From the sequence record NC_042116.1: a stretch of DNA of 64,000 bases; one strand, 5' to 3'. A model generated the notes under the pieces. The model saw only the letters and a program-made list of their open reading frames with translations. It did not search any database and had not been told where the DNA came from. This document shows, one piece after another, positions 18,602 through 28,815 of this stretch. Within the stretch, counting starts at the first letter, position 1, and every line of letters begins with the position of its first letter. The translations under genes and the position numbers were made by a program.

Positions 18602-21442
18602 ATGACTAAAAAAATAATTGGTAATTTAGATGTTACTAATAATATAAAAGTGAAGGGCAATAACATTGCCCGTTCAATAAATGATATACAAGCTGATGTT
18701 GATGGTAATGTCGATATTAATATGTTCACTAAATTTGAAGTGGATAGTATTATTGGAGCATTACCCCTAACACGATTAGGAACGTTAGATTACTTACCAC
18801 TTAGTGTTTCTGGTTCATATGAAGGAGCAACTAATAATCATAATTATAAAATATACCCATCTGTTATGGAAAGTAACGGTACATTGGTATTTTTAAGACC
18901 AGGAACTGATGGTGGTACAAAAGGATATTACTATTCATATTGGTCAAATGCACGTGAAAGTACTAATGTTAATATAGTTAATACTACATGGAAATATAAT
19001 CCATCTATATTAGGTTCAGCAGCGGCAAATGAATTTATTCGGTCTGACCAAAATGTATTATTTGCTAAATTAACTGATGGGGTTAATAATCCATATATGC
19101 TAATTTTAACAAATGGTACTATGAATCAAGCACAACATAATGGGGTTAAAATACCAACATCTTCATTTAGAGGGACACCATTATATGCATTTATGGGTAA
19201 TACAAAAATATATATAGTTTGTTTATCTAATATGGGTGGAAATTTATTATACAATGGTGCACTTGAATTTTATTTGTACAGTATTAATACCTCTGATGTT
19301 AACGCTGGGGTTACTACTTCATTGGTTGACTTGACAGCAACTAATTGGTCAACTACTACTATTTTTGATCCATTTTGGACAGGTGCTACACAAACATTTA
19401 CTAGTACTGGTATTCAAGTTGCACCTACTACTATTGAATATGTTAACAATGGAGTTCCAAACGATAATCCAGCTTTTATATATTGTGATAGCTCTATTGA
19501 TAGATTACATTCTCCATTTTTAAATGGTGAAATACAAGGTTCAATATCTGCGACAGAAGACCCATTAAATGATGGTAAAATAAGAATATCAATGTTTGGA
19601 GATGCACGGTTTTCCAGTACTAGAATAAGTGCGATATCTTATGATTGGGCATTCAGTGTTGATTGTAATGTTAATACCAAAACTGCTAAAACTGATCAAG
19701 GTGCTACCTCAACATTAGATGGTGCATTCCCAATAGCAGTACATGAAACGTCAACTGCTATTACCGCTACATCAATGACTGGTTTAAGTAGAAATAAAGT
19801 TACAGGATTAACTCCACGTATTTCTCTTGAATCATTAACCCAAATAGTACTTAAAGATGGGATGTGTTTTTCAGTAGGTTCATCATCAATTCAACACACT
19901 TATTATAGAATATCAAGATCATCTATACAAAATTATACTAACAAATATAATGATGAAATTATTAGAAATAGAAATACAGCCACTCCATTAATTAATTTAA
20001 ATGTAAAAGTTATTAACCCAACATATGGTTCAGCCGTTGGTCAAAATATACTAGCCCCACAACCATTAACAAGAACGAAAATGTTAGTTGATTGTGCAGG
20101 TACTAATAATGGAACATATTTTGGAAAAAGTAAAGTTGCATCTACGTTTGGTACTGATGGATATGTATATAAATCATTAACAGCAGGTACTATTTCAGGC
20201 TTTGCACCTACTACAAATAGAGACTATGTTGGTAGTGATGATAAATTTATATGTCCTATAAGTTATGTTCCTACGTTAGCTTCTGGAAATCCAGTACAAG
20301 TATTAGGAACATCATTTGTAGAAGATTATAAATTATCAGGATTTAGTACGATGAATACAACAAATTATTCAACTACTGGAACTATAACTATTGAAAATTC
20401 ATTATTGGTTAGTATTAAGAATGCAGCAATTACATTAGCACTTGGTAGTACTGTTGGTGCAACTATTGTTCGTTCTAAAATAGTTTTATATCAAGTACCT
20501 TCAGCAATATTTCAGTCCATCGCATTCATATATGCATGTTCAAATACAACTGTGTACTCAATACCAGTAACAGTAGATTTAACTACCACTGGTTCTGCAA
20601 TAACTGCTGCAACAAATATAAAATTAATTGACACGTTTAATGGGGGATATTTCACAACAGTACAAAACATTTTATCTATATCAAATATAAACTGGAATAC
20701 TCAACCAGGGTTGACAATATATGATGCTGATGATTTTGTGTACATAAGTATAGGTGTTCCGTTAGGATTATCTGATTCCAGCTTTACATTTTTTAATATG
20801 ATGACAATATGTGGTAATATTAATACTAGGCAAGTGATGACCGCATCGGTAACAAATGACTATGTTAAAATGGTTAGAAGTACTACATTATCAGATCAAG
20901 GTTCTGGCAAACAATTTGGAGTAGTCCCTGGTGTTGGTTTTGGTTTATATGATTTCAATACTAATACTGATGTTCAAACTAAATTAATTTTCACACCAAC
21001 TGGAACCAATTTAAATCACTATCTTGGTAATACTCCATATGTAGTTGCACCAAAAGTTGTGTTGTCACAGCAAGTTGCACAAAATTGGAATGTTTATTTT
21101 ACACAAGAAGTTCCATTAATGATGAGTGGTAAATATTTTAAAATGGCACCAACTATTATTGATTTAACATCAGTTGTAGCAAATCCTAGTAATAAAACAT
21201 TTTACATAAGTGTGATTATGAAGTTAGGAGTTCCACAATATGTTATTTCATTATCATTAACGGAGGACTCTAATACTCAACTAGCGTTTGGAAATATAAC
21301 AACAAATGCTACCGGAATCGCTACTATAAGCACCGCTAAGGTATCTAGATTGGGAACTTATAGACCAGCTACCACCAATTACCAACACGCAATACCAGTC
21401 AGTACAGGGCTTCCTACAGGAAGTGGTACACGCTGGCAATAA
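18602..21442 (+). CDS. large virion structural protein, paralog 3
   Basis: 946 aa; same conserved blocks, ends AIPVSTGLPTGSGTRW. Confidence 0.65.
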   Translation: MTKKIIGNLDVTNNIKVKGNNIARSINDIQADVDGNVDINMFTKFEVDSIIGALPLTRLGTLDYLPLSVSGSYEGATNNHNYKIYPSVMESNGTLVFLRPGTDGGTKGYYYSYWSNARESTNVNIVNTTWKYNPSILGSAAANEFIRSDQNVLFAKLTDGVNNPYMLILTNGTMNQAQHNGVKIPTSSFRGTPLYAFMGNTKIYIVCLSNMGGNLLYNGALEFYLYSINTSDVNAGVTTSLVDLTATNWSTTTIFDPFWTGATQTFTSTGIQVAPTTIEYVNNGVPNDNPAFIYCDSSIDRLHSPFLNGEIQGSISATEDPLNDGKIRISMFGDARFSSTRISAISYDWAFSVDCNVNTKTAKTDQGATSTLDGAFPIAVHETSTAITATSMTGLSRNKVTGLTPRISLESLTQIVLKDGMCFSVGSSSIQHTYYRISRSSIQNYTNKYNDEIIRNRNTATPLINLNVKVINPTYGSAVGQNILAPQPLTRTKMLVDCAGTNNGTYFGKSKVASTFGTDGYVYKSLTAGTISGFAPTTNRDYVGSDDKFICPISYVPTLASGNPVQVLGTSFVEDYKLSGFSTMNTTNYSTTGTITIENSLLVSIKNAAITLALGSTVGATIVRSKIVLYQVPSAIFQSIAFIYACSNTTVYSIPVTVDLTTTGSAITAATNIKLIDTFNGGYFTTVQNILSISNINWNTQPGLTIYDADDFVYISIGVPLGLSDSSFTFFNMMTICGNINTRQVMTASVTNDYVKMVRSTTLSDQGSGKQFGVVPGVGFGLYDFNTNTDVQTKLIFTPTGTNLNHYLGNTPYVVAPKVVLSQQVAQNWNVYFTQEVPLMMSGKYFKMAPTIIDLTSVVANPSNKTFYISVIMKLGVPQYVISLSLTEDSNTQLAFGNITTNATGIATISTAKVSRLGTYRPATTNYQHAIPVSTGLPTGSGTRWQ

Positions 21443-21446
21443 CAAG

Positions 21447-21470
21447 AAGCCCCTTGACAGGGGCTTTTTT
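21447..21470 (+). terminator. rho-independent terminator whose loop is a -35 box
   Basis: AAGCCCC-TTGACA-GGGGCTT + T-tract. Confidence 0.85.
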
Positions 21471-21482
21471 TGTGCGTATAAT
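21454..21482 (+). promoter_or_regulatory. sigma70-type promoter
   Basis: TTGACA-N17-TATAAT, exact consensus. Confidence 0.8.
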
Positions 21483-21506
21483 CTTCAAATCAATTGAAAA
21501 AAAGAT

Positions 21507-21535
21507 TTGACAAAATACGTTAGATCAGATACAAT
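21507..21535 (+). promoter_or_regulatory. sigma70-type promoter (tandem)
   Basis: TTGACA-N17-TACAAT. Confidence 0.75.
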
Positions 21536-21549
21536 ATGGGGAATTTGAT

Positions 21550-22098
21550 ATGGGATACACGCCAAAATCACAATCAACAAAAAAAGATAATGAAAATATT
21601 ATAAATTTAGCTACAATGCAAGATATTCATCAGCATTTATATATTTTAGTACTAAGAAAAAGTGCAGGTAAGCTGATTGAATATATTATGCAATTTAAAA
21701 ACAGAAAAGAAGCTACTAATGCAATTATTTCAGTCAAATATGAGTTAAGTAAGTGTCGTCCTGAAGTACTTAATATACTTCTTGCTATGGCTAAAGATCC
21801 TAAACGATTTGAATTTTCAACATTATCAACTAATGATCGTATGTTTTTTGTTGATAATGTTAATGGTACTAATTTTAGAATTTACGATTTTAGTTCAAAT
21901 CCTAAGAAGATTATTCCTAATGTTACTATTAATAATGACGATTTTTTAACATCAAATGAGGAATTGGTTATGTACAAAATTGCCAAATCCATGATTATTA
22001 TGCGGAACAATCAGTATAAATTACAAGAAGAATTGCGAAAATTAGAGGAACAAAATAATGTTTTCAAAATATATCAAAATGAAAAACTGCTACCCTGA
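21550..22098 (+). CDS. hypothetical protein, paralog family A member 1
   Basis: LRKSAGKLIEY...KYELSK...DPKRFE pattern and C-terminal coiled coil shared with 23072, 23882, 24337. Confidence 0.7.
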   Translation: MGYTPKSQSTKKDNENIINLATMQDIHQHLYILVLRKSAGKLIEYIMQFKNRKEATNAIISVKYELSKCRPEVLNILLAMAKDPKRFEFSTLSTNDRMFFVDNVNGTNFRIYDFSSNPKKIIPNVTINNDDFLTSNEELVMYKIAKSMIIMRNNQYKLQEELRKLEEQNNVFKIYQNEKLLP

Positions 22099-22324
22099 TA
22101 AATTGTATAATATACTTTTGAAACGATTCTTCATTGAAACGTATCCAACTGCAACAAATGTTATTTTACATCATTCAAGTACTTATAGTGATGGAAAAAT
22201 CGTTACATCAGTTGAATTTTGGTTCCCTAATAAATTGGTATTTGTAAATGCTCATGTTTACATTGACGACAAATATCAATCAATTAACGTTTTTAACACA
22301 GATAAACTTTTGGAGTTCATGTAA
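22058..22324 (+). CDS. hypothetical protein
   Basis: 88-aa ORF whose stop overlaps the Thg1 start. Confidence 0.55.
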   Translation: MFSKYIKMKNCYPDKLYNILLKRFFIETYPTATNVILHHSSTYSDGKIVTSVEFWFPNKLVFVNAHVYIDDKYQSINVFNTDKLLEFM

Positions 22325-23079
22325 TGAAACTTGGTGACCGTATTAAATTGTATGAAAAAATGGAAACATCAAATAAATTTATGCCAGGACTACCAATTTA
22401 CGCACGTATTGATGGTCGGTCATTCAGTAAATTTACTAATAAAATGATTAAACCCTATGACCAAAATCTTAGTCGACTCATGCAAGAAGTTACTAAGTAC
22501 CTTGTAAAAGAAACAAGTGCATGTATTGGTTATACACAATCTGATGAGATTAGTCTGGTATTCATGCAGAAGTCACCAGAAAGTGATATTTTCTTTAGTG
22601 GTAAAAAACAAAAAATGGTTTCAGTACTAGCTGCTCTTGCAACAGCTAAATTTATTGAACTAGCATTAAAATTCTATCCTGAAGAATGTTCTAACAGGCT
22701 TCCAGTTTTCGATTGTCGTGTATTTCAAGTTCCTAATAAATCCGAAGCAGCGAATTGTTTGATCTGGCGTTCACAAGATGCAATTCGTAATAGTATTCAA
22801 ATGGCTGGACGAGCGGTGTTTTCACATAAAGAACTTGATCGTAAGAATCAAAATGATATTCTTGATATGCTTATTAACGAAAAAGGTATCAATTGGAATG
22901 ATTATCCAAAATTCTTTAAAGAAGGTTCATTCTTTCAGCGAGTAACTTATGAAAAAGATGGACAAAATGGTGAAGTAGTTATTCGGTCTAAAGTAGATGA
23001 GATTATTCCTGAATTAAAGTTTGAAAATTTAAGCACTGAAGAAAAGGTTAAACTTATTTTTGGAGTTGATAATGATTAA
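22324..23079 (+). CDS. tRNA(His) guanylyltransferase Thg1-like (3'-5' polymerase)
   Basis: YARIDGRSFSKFT, GYTQSDEISL, FDCRVF, WRSQDAIRNSI. Confidence 0.92.
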   Translation: MKLGDRIKLYEKMETSNKFMPGLPIYARIDGRSFSKFTNKMIKPYDQNLSRLMQEVTKYLVKETSACIGYTQSDEISLVFMQKSPESDIFFSGKKQKMVSVLAALATAKFIELALKFYPEECSNRLPVFDCRVFQVPNKSEAANCLIWRSQDAIRNSIQMAGRAVFSHKELDRKNQNDILDMLINEKGINWNDYPKFFKEGSFFQRVTYEKDGQNGEVVIRSKVDEIIPELKFENLSTEEKVKLIFGVDND

Positions 23080-23572
23080 AAAACGAAAAAATAATAAAAG
23101 TTCTCGTGACGAACCATATTTGATTGCATATATTTTGCGGGGAAGTACTAGCTCCCTTTTAAATTATATAACATCACATCCAGGAGGTATGGATGCTGCA
23201 CGTAAGGATATTATTAAAATCAAATATTTGTTTTCTAAATGTCATTTAGTAATACAAAATCTTGTACGTAAAATGGTTACTAAATTTGAAAGTTTTGAAA
23301 TTAAACAAAACACTTGGTGTTTTGATGACGTTCTGATTGAATACACAATTAAAGATAATGATACTGGTTATTGGTTTTTTTGTGAAGATATTAAAGGAAA
23401 TGCTGAAATAAAGATTGCCGAAAATGGCATTCTTTCAAATAATAAAATTGAACATACTATGTTTGTTTATGCAATTAAATCAGTGGAATATATCAAAAAT
23501 AATATTGTACAAATTATAAAAGATCAAAAAACTGAACAAATGAAACAGCAATATATCGAAGTGTATAAATGA
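23072..23572 (+). CDS. hypothetical protein, paralog family A member 2
   Basis: ILRGSTSSLLNY...KIKYLFSK; start moved to ATG 23072 after GGAG. Confidence 0.65.
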   Translation: MIKKRKNNKSSRDEPYLIAYILRGSTSSLLNYITSHPGGMDAARKDIIKIKYLFSKCHLVIQNLVRKMVTKFESFEIKQNTWCFDDVLIEYTIKDNDTGYWFFCEDIKGNAEIKIAENGILSNNKIEHTMFVYAIKSVEYIKNNIVQIIKDQKTEQMKQQYIEVYK

Positions 23573-23874
23573 TGTATATAACACCAGTACTTGTTAATCG
23601 CCACAAAGGAACCTTTGACATTTACATTGGACGTGGTACAATTTGGGGAAATCCTTATCCTATTGATAAAGGAGCAGGGATTTCTCGACAAGTTTCTATA
23701 GAAATGTACAGAGAGCACTTGTATTTTTCAATAGAAAATGGTAATATTTCTATTGAAGATATTTTAAGACTTTCAGGTAAGCGGCTTGGATGTTCTTGTT
23801 CTCCACAACCATGTCACGGTGATGTGATCATTGAAGTATTCAATGAAATAATTGAAATGCTTTCAGATAATTGA
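23569..23874 (+). CDS. DUF4326-family protein
   Basis: DIYIGRGTIWGNPY...LSGKRLGCSCSPQPCHGDVI. Confidence 0.85.
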   Translation: MMYITPVLVNRHKGTFDIYIGRGTIWGNPYPIDKGAGISRQVSIEMYREHLYFSIENGNISIEDILRLSGKRLGCSCSPQPCHGDVIIEVFNEIIEMLSDN

Positions 23875-23881
23875 GGTTCAA

Positions 23882-24328
23882 ATGAAACATTCTGAGATTT
23901 TATTTGCAATTTTACGGAAAAGTAAAAATACTTTATTAGATTATGTATCGTCTGATTATGACCGGAATTTCATTATTGAAATGAAATATAATTATTCAAA
24001 ATTAGAATCAACATTACGCAATTTAATGCGATTAGTTGCTACTGATATTGAAAGATTTTCAGTACTGAATGAAAATAACCTAAGTAATATTATATATAAA
24101 GAAGATGTTACAAGTCCAGTACTTATCGATACGTTAGACAATACCGTATTCATCATAAAGCAAGATACGATTGATATTGATGATATTGTTGTTTTTAAAG
24201 AGAATGAACGCTTAGCATTTATTGTTTTATATAATTGTTTAATACTAGCCAAAGAACGCCAAGAAGAAATTATTAAAATTCGAGATGAAGAAAATAATCG
24301 AATTTCAATTTTATCAAATTATTTGTAA
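23882..24328 (+). CDS. hypothetical protein, paralog family A member 3
   Basis: ILRKSKNTLLDY...MKYNYSKL...DIERFS; start at ATG 23882 after GAGG. Confidence 0.65.
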   Translation: MKHSEILFAILRKSKNTLLDYVSSDYDRNFIIEMKYNYSKLESTLRNLMRLVATDIERFSVLNENNLSNIIYKEDVTSPVLIDTLDNTVFIIKQDTIDIDDIVVFKENERLAFIVLYNCLILAKERQEEIIKIRDEENNRISILSNYL

Positions 24329-24336
24329 GGATTTAT

Positions 24337-24897
24337 ATGAACGAAATTATTTTAATATTTTTAATGTTCAGGCAAAATGCAAAATTGCTTAAAGAACATG
24401 TAATAAATGATAGTGTTTTATCATGTAAATTAAAAAGAAAAGAATTATTATATTTGAAATATAAACTTTCATCTATTAGTACTGAAAATTATAATATTAT
24501 AAAATCCATATGTACTGATTTTGACCGTTTTGATGTATTTCGCATGAACACCAACCGACCATCTGGGTTTAATTCTGGTGCGGGTACTAGGTTTTTAATG
24601 CATCCAACTACAGGTGAATATTATAAAACTATTGATATTCGCTATGGTGATTTCTTTTATCCAACTGTATTACATGATACAAAGATGGATATATTTTTTA
24701 TACTTGATGAATATTATACAATAGTTGATGATGTTATTATTTTTAAGGATGAAGATCATGAGTTCTTTTTTGGTATCGTACAAGAATTAAAAAATGCAAA
24801 AGACAAAGAAGCACAAATACTAAAGCAACAATTATTACAAAAAGAAGAACTTAAAAAAGAAAGAAAGAAATTAGATATATTATCAAAATATTCATAA
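24337..24897 (+). CDS. hypothetical protein, paralog family A member 4
   Basis: FRQNAKLLKEH...LKYKLSSI...DFDRFD; ends ILSKYS like ILSNYL of member 3. Confidence 0.65.
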   Translation: MNEIILIFLMFRQNAKLLKEHVINDSVLSCKLKRKELLYLKYKLSSISTENYNIIKSICTDFDRFDVFRMNTNRPSGFNSGAGTRFLMHPTTGEYYKTIDIRYGDFFYPTVLHDTKMDIFFILDEYYTIVDDVIIFKDEDHEFFFGIVQELKNAKDKEAQILKQQLLQKEELKKERKKLDILSKYS

Positions 24898-24905
24898 GGA
24901 ATTAA

Positions 24906-25766
24906 ATGGAATACAATGGAAAATTTCCTCACCAAAAAATAGATTTCAACTCAAGTACAGTCATCGTTATAAATGGTGACTGTACTTCTGTATTAAAAGA
25001 GTTATACGAACTTGGATTTAAATTTAACACCACAATAACATCTCCACCATATGCAGAACAACGTAAAGACGTATACGATAGTATTACACCTACCGATTTT
25101 CCATTATGGTATAAAAATATCAGTACTGATATCATGAATGTTACACATGATGATGGTTCTTATTTCTTTAATATAAAAGAGCATGTTGATAAAGGTAAAC
25201 GTGATATTTACGTATACAAGACCATCATTGATATTTCTGATGATTATAATTGGAGTGATGAATATATTTGGAATAAAACAAATCCATTCCCTACTGGTGC
25301 TAAAACTCGATTGAAAGATGGATTTGAAAGAATATATCAATTTAACCATACAACAAAATATAAATTCTTTCCAGATGAAGTAAAAGTACAAAGTACTTCA
25401 AAGTACTTAGAAAGTGAAAAGAAAAGAAAAAACAAAGGTGAGCACAATGTCAATAATGGGTCTTCAATGAACATGACTAAACGTGTTGCTGAAGATATGG
25501 TTAGACCAAGTAATGTGATTACGTGTAGTACTAGTAATTTAAATATTGGTCATCCAGCAGTATTTCCTATTGATATACCAAACTTCTACATAAAGCTAAC
25601 AACTGAAGAAAATGATTGGATACTTGATCCATTTGGTGGTTCAGGGACAACTGCATTAAGTGCAATTCAATTAGGTAGAAATTGTGTTCTAATAGAAAAA
25701 TCTGAACAGTACTATCAATTAATAATCGAAAGACTAAATCAATTTGGTCGGGAGAATTATCTATGA
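24906..25766 (+). CDS. beta-class N4-cytosine/N6-adenine DNA methyltransferase
   Basis: INGDC, ITSPPY (motif IV) before HPAVFP and ILDPFGGSGTT (motif I). Confidence 0.9.
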   Translation: MEYNGKFPHQKIDFNSSTVIVINGDCTSVLKELYELGFKFNTTITSPPYAEQRKDVYDSITPTDFPLWYKNISTDIMNVTHDDGSYFFNIKEHVDKGKRDIYVYKTIIDISDDYNWSDEYIWNKTNPFPTGAKTRLKDGFERIYQFNHTTKYKFFPDEVKVQSTSKYLESEKKRKNKGEHNVNNGSSMNMTKRVAEDMVRPSNVITCSTSNLNIGHPAVFPIDIPNFYIKLTTEENDWILDPFGGSGTTALSAIQLGRNCVLIEKSEQYYQLIIERLNQFGRENYL

Positions 25767-26104
25767 AACCAAAAATTACTCGTGAAGATATAATTCAGGA
25801 AATACGTCAACAGCGGGAAGATTTTTCTAAACGAATGATTGATGAAGCAAATGGCGTTCAAGTTTATGATTTAACCACACCAGAAGGACGGCAAAGATTT
25901 TTAGTGGATAATTCATATATTTTATTACCAACACCATTCGAACCAGTACTTGCTAAAATTCACCACAATGGGGAAAATGGCGTGACAGAATGGTATGAAG
26001 TAGTTTATTACAATGGTGCTGAATGGTGCTGCTATGCAGGTTCTGAAACTTTTAAGGATGGTGAACGTATCTTAAAATGGAAGTATTGCAATGAAATTTT
26101 ATAA
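25763..26104 (+). CDS. hypothetical protein
   Basis: 113-aa ORF, start overlaps the previous stop. Confidence 0.65.
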   Translation: MKPKITREDIIQEIRQQREDFSKRMIDEANGVQVYDLTTPEGRQRFLVDNSYILLPTPFEPVLAKIHHNGENGVTEWYEVVYYNGAEWCCYAGSETFKDGERILKWKYCNEIL

Positions 26105-26113
26105 GGAAAAAAT

Positions 26114-27355
26114 ATGAAAAATAATCACTTAGACAATCTAATTGTCAGACACCTAGCTGGTTCGCAAGCATATGGTACAAGTACTCCAACATCTGATACT
26201 GATTATAGAGGTATTTTTGTTGCTGATAAAGAATTCATTATTACACCATTCTTTAAAGTTAATGAAGTTAATGATGTGTCAGAAGAAGATACCAAGTACT
26301 ATGAACTAAACAATTATATGCAACTTTATTTGACCGCTAATCCAAATATTTTAGAATCTCTTTGGGTAGATGAGTCTGATATTGTTTATAAAAATGAAAT
26401 GTACGATCATCTTCGTGGTGCTCGTTCAGATTTATTATCAACAAAAATGGCATTTACTTATACTGGTTATGCTCACAATCAAGCTAAACGTATGAAGAAT
26501 CACCACACGTGGATGGAAAAAGAACGCACTGGTGTTCGTATTTTACAAGAATTAATTGACCAATATCCATGTGAACAAATGGTTCAATGGGTTGGTGATT
26601 CGTTTCCACCTTACATTATGAATCTAGTTAACCTAGATAAAGCACGTGGTGTTTTGATTAAAGGTATTATTGATTTTGAAAAATTTATGAGAAATGCTTC
26701 ATTACAAATGTTAAGTACTAATACATTAAAACAATATCACTTTGTTAAATTAGTACATAATTATTTTGATCATCAAGTACTTGACCGTGATTTTAACATC
26801 TTAAAATACAATAATGGTTATCAATTAGTTCCTTACGGTGATAATATTTTTGGTTTAGTAGAAAGAAGTGGTGGAAAAACTATTAATTATGATGGTAGTA
26901 TTCATCGTATTGATAGTTCAAATCTTACAATTGAAGAAGTAAAAGAAACTCCTAAATTGATCGTTAAATTCAATAAAGATGAATATGAAAAAAGTAATGA
27001 CAATCGTCATAACTATCATGAATGGAAACAAAACCGAAATGAAGCTCGTTCTGAGTTAGAACAGTTAAATGGTTATGATACAAAACATGCAATGCATGTA
27101 GTAAGATTACTACGTACTGCGGAGGAAGCATTAGAAACTGGTGAAATTCATGTTAAACGTTCAGATGCAGCAGAATTATTAGCTATTAGAAATGGTGCGT
27201 GGAGTTATAATGAAATGATGGAATACTGGAATGAAAAAGATCAGTATATTAGAGAAGTACTATATAAACAATCGGAATTACCAAAGGCACCGGATATTCA
27301 TAAAGCAGCTAAGCTACTAATTGAACTTCGTGAAATCCAATGGTACGGAAAATAA
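26114..27355 (+). CDS. DNA pol-beta superfamily nucleotidyltransferase (RlaP-like)
   Basis: AGSQAYGTSTPTSDTDYRGIF (GS...DxD), NPNILESL, YDTKHAMHVVRLL. Confidence 0.85.
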   Translation: MKNNHLDNLIVRHLAGSQAYGTSTPTSDTDYRGIFVADKEFIITPFFKVNEVNDVSEEDTKYYELNNYMQLYLTANPNILESLWVDESDIVYKNEMYDHLRGARSDLLSTKMAFTYTGYAHNQAKRMKNHHTWMEKERTGVRILQELIDQYPCEQMVQWVGDSFPPYIMNLVNLDKARGVLIKGIIDFEKFMRNASLQMLSTNTLKQYHFVKLVHNYFDHQVLDRDFNILKYNNGYQLVPYGDNIFGLVERSGGKTINYDGSIHRIDSSNLTIEEVKETPKLIVKFNKDEYEKSNDNRHNYHEWKQNRNEARSELEQLNGYDTKHAMHVVRLLRTAEEALETGEIHVKRSDAAELLAIRNGAWSYNEMMEYWNEKDQYIREVLYKQSELPKAPDIHKAAKLLIELREIQWYGK

Positions 27356-27357
27356 TT

Positions 27358-27786
27358 ATGAATTTACTTGAACAATTTAAAACTGCACAAGCAGTTTATC
27401 TAGGACTAATCAACGGATACGGATCTGATATTATTGTAGAGCTACTTAATGATATTCAATCTCGATATCCAACATTTAATGCGACAACAATAGTTGGATA
27501 TACCCCTGAATGGAATGATGGCGAAACATGTGAACACAGTTCTGATATTTGTGTAGCATATCTAACCGATGAAGTACTAGACCAACTTGATGATATTCTT
27601 CGTAAACTTGGTGAAGAATTTGAATTTAATGATATGTCACGTGAAGATGCACGTGCTATTGAAAAAGAATTAAATCTTGCTGATGTTATTTTGCAAGAAA
27701 TTTATGGTACTAATTATCAACTTGGGGCAATCTTTGTTGATGGTACTTTCCATGTTAGTCACACTGAATATGAATGTGGGTACTAA
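27358..27786 (+). CDS. conserved phage hypothetical protein (TPxWNDG motif), paralog B1
   Basis: GYTPEWNDGETCEHS; ends EYECGY. Confidence 0.7.
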   Translation: MNLLEQFKTAQAVYLGLINGYGSDIIVELLNDIQSRYPTFNATTIVGYTPEWNDGETCEHSSDICVAYLTDEVLDQLDDILRKLGEEFEFNDMSREDARAIEKELNLADVILQEIYGTNYQLGAIFVDGTFHVSHTEYECGY

Positions 27787-27788
27787 TT

Positions 27789-28262
27789 ATGTTTGATAAA
27801 ATTAAAATTGCATCAACCGAATATGAAGAATCTATTAAACAGATTAAGATAACATTACGTAATGAATTCAACGAAAAATTGAAATCTGATAGTACTGAAT
27901 TAAAAGAAACATATCCAAATTTGGATCGTATTTTCTTTCTTGGTAGTACTCCACATTGGAATGATGGTGAAGAATGTTCACATAAATCATATGTATACAT
28001 TGAAAATGGTTCTGGTTATAGTGATTGTTGTGAATATTTTGAATGTGTATATGGATGGGATAACCCTGAAATTCCAGATCATTTAATCAAATCTAACAAA
28101 AATCTTAATGATAATGAAATTCATGCTATTAAAAATATTATTCGAAATAGTGGTTTAGAAAAAATTCTAGAAGTTATTTTTGAAACTAATTTCAATGTAA
28201 TAATTGATTTTACTGGTGATGAAGTACAAATAACGGTAGCAGACTATGATTGTGGATATTAA
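27789..28262 (+). CDS. conserved phage hypothetical protein (TPxWNDG motif), paralog B2
   Basis: GSTPHWNDGEECSH; ends DYDCGY. Confidence 0.7.
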   Translation: MFDKIKIASTEYEESIKQIKITLRNEFNEKLKSDSTELKETYPNLDRIFFLGSTPHWNDGEECSHKSYVYIENGSGYSDCCEYFECVYGWDNPEIPDHLIKSNKNLNDNEIHAIKNIIRNSGLEKILEVIFETNFNVIIDFTGDEVQITVADYDCGY

Positions 28263-28815
28263 TACATTAAATCCTATTGGAAGTATTGAATTAAACTTAT
28301 TTTCATGGGAGGTTCCAGAAAATCTCCCTGAGCAAGAATTCAAATACGAAAAACCACAAAAAGTACTTGACAATATTCCATCAGAAATGGTAGAATTGGT
28401 TCAGAAAATGATTGATGAAGTTAAAAAATATGATTCTCGTAGTGTAGTTGTTGATTATAAGGTTCGTAACCTTAAAGCTGGGAATACTGGATCTACATTA
28501 TACGGCTACCATTTGGATTGTTGTAATGATATCCATGATGATTTTGAACCTGAGACTCATATTTTATTTGGGACTGTACAAGGAACAAGTTTCATTATGA
28601 ATCCAATTAACGTTTCTATATATGATACTATTCCTGATATTTTGAAAAATGAAGTACTTATAGAATCAATTTGTTCCACAAATACTGCTCACAAATACAC
28701 AAGTAAAGTACTCCATAATTGTCCTATTATTGAACATGACTGTCAGCGAGTATTGATTCGTGTTACTGCTGGGTTTAAAGAGAGAATCAAAAATGCCAAG
28801 TCAAAAACAAATTAA
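28246..28815 (+). CDS. putative 2-oxoglutarate/Fe(II) dioxygenase-fold protein
   Basis: YHLD (HxD), distal LHNCP histidine, RVLIR strand, in the order expected for the DSBH fold. Confidence 0.55.
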   Translation: MIVDINTLNPIGSIELNLFSWEVPENLPEQEFKYEKPQKVLDNIPSEMVELVQKMIDEVKKYDSRSVVVDYKVRNLKAGNTGSTLYGYHLDCCNDIHDDFEPETHILFGTVQGTSFIMNPINVSIYDTIPDILKNEVLIESICSTNTAHKYTSKVLHNCPIIEHDCQRVLIRVTAGFKERIKNAKSKTN

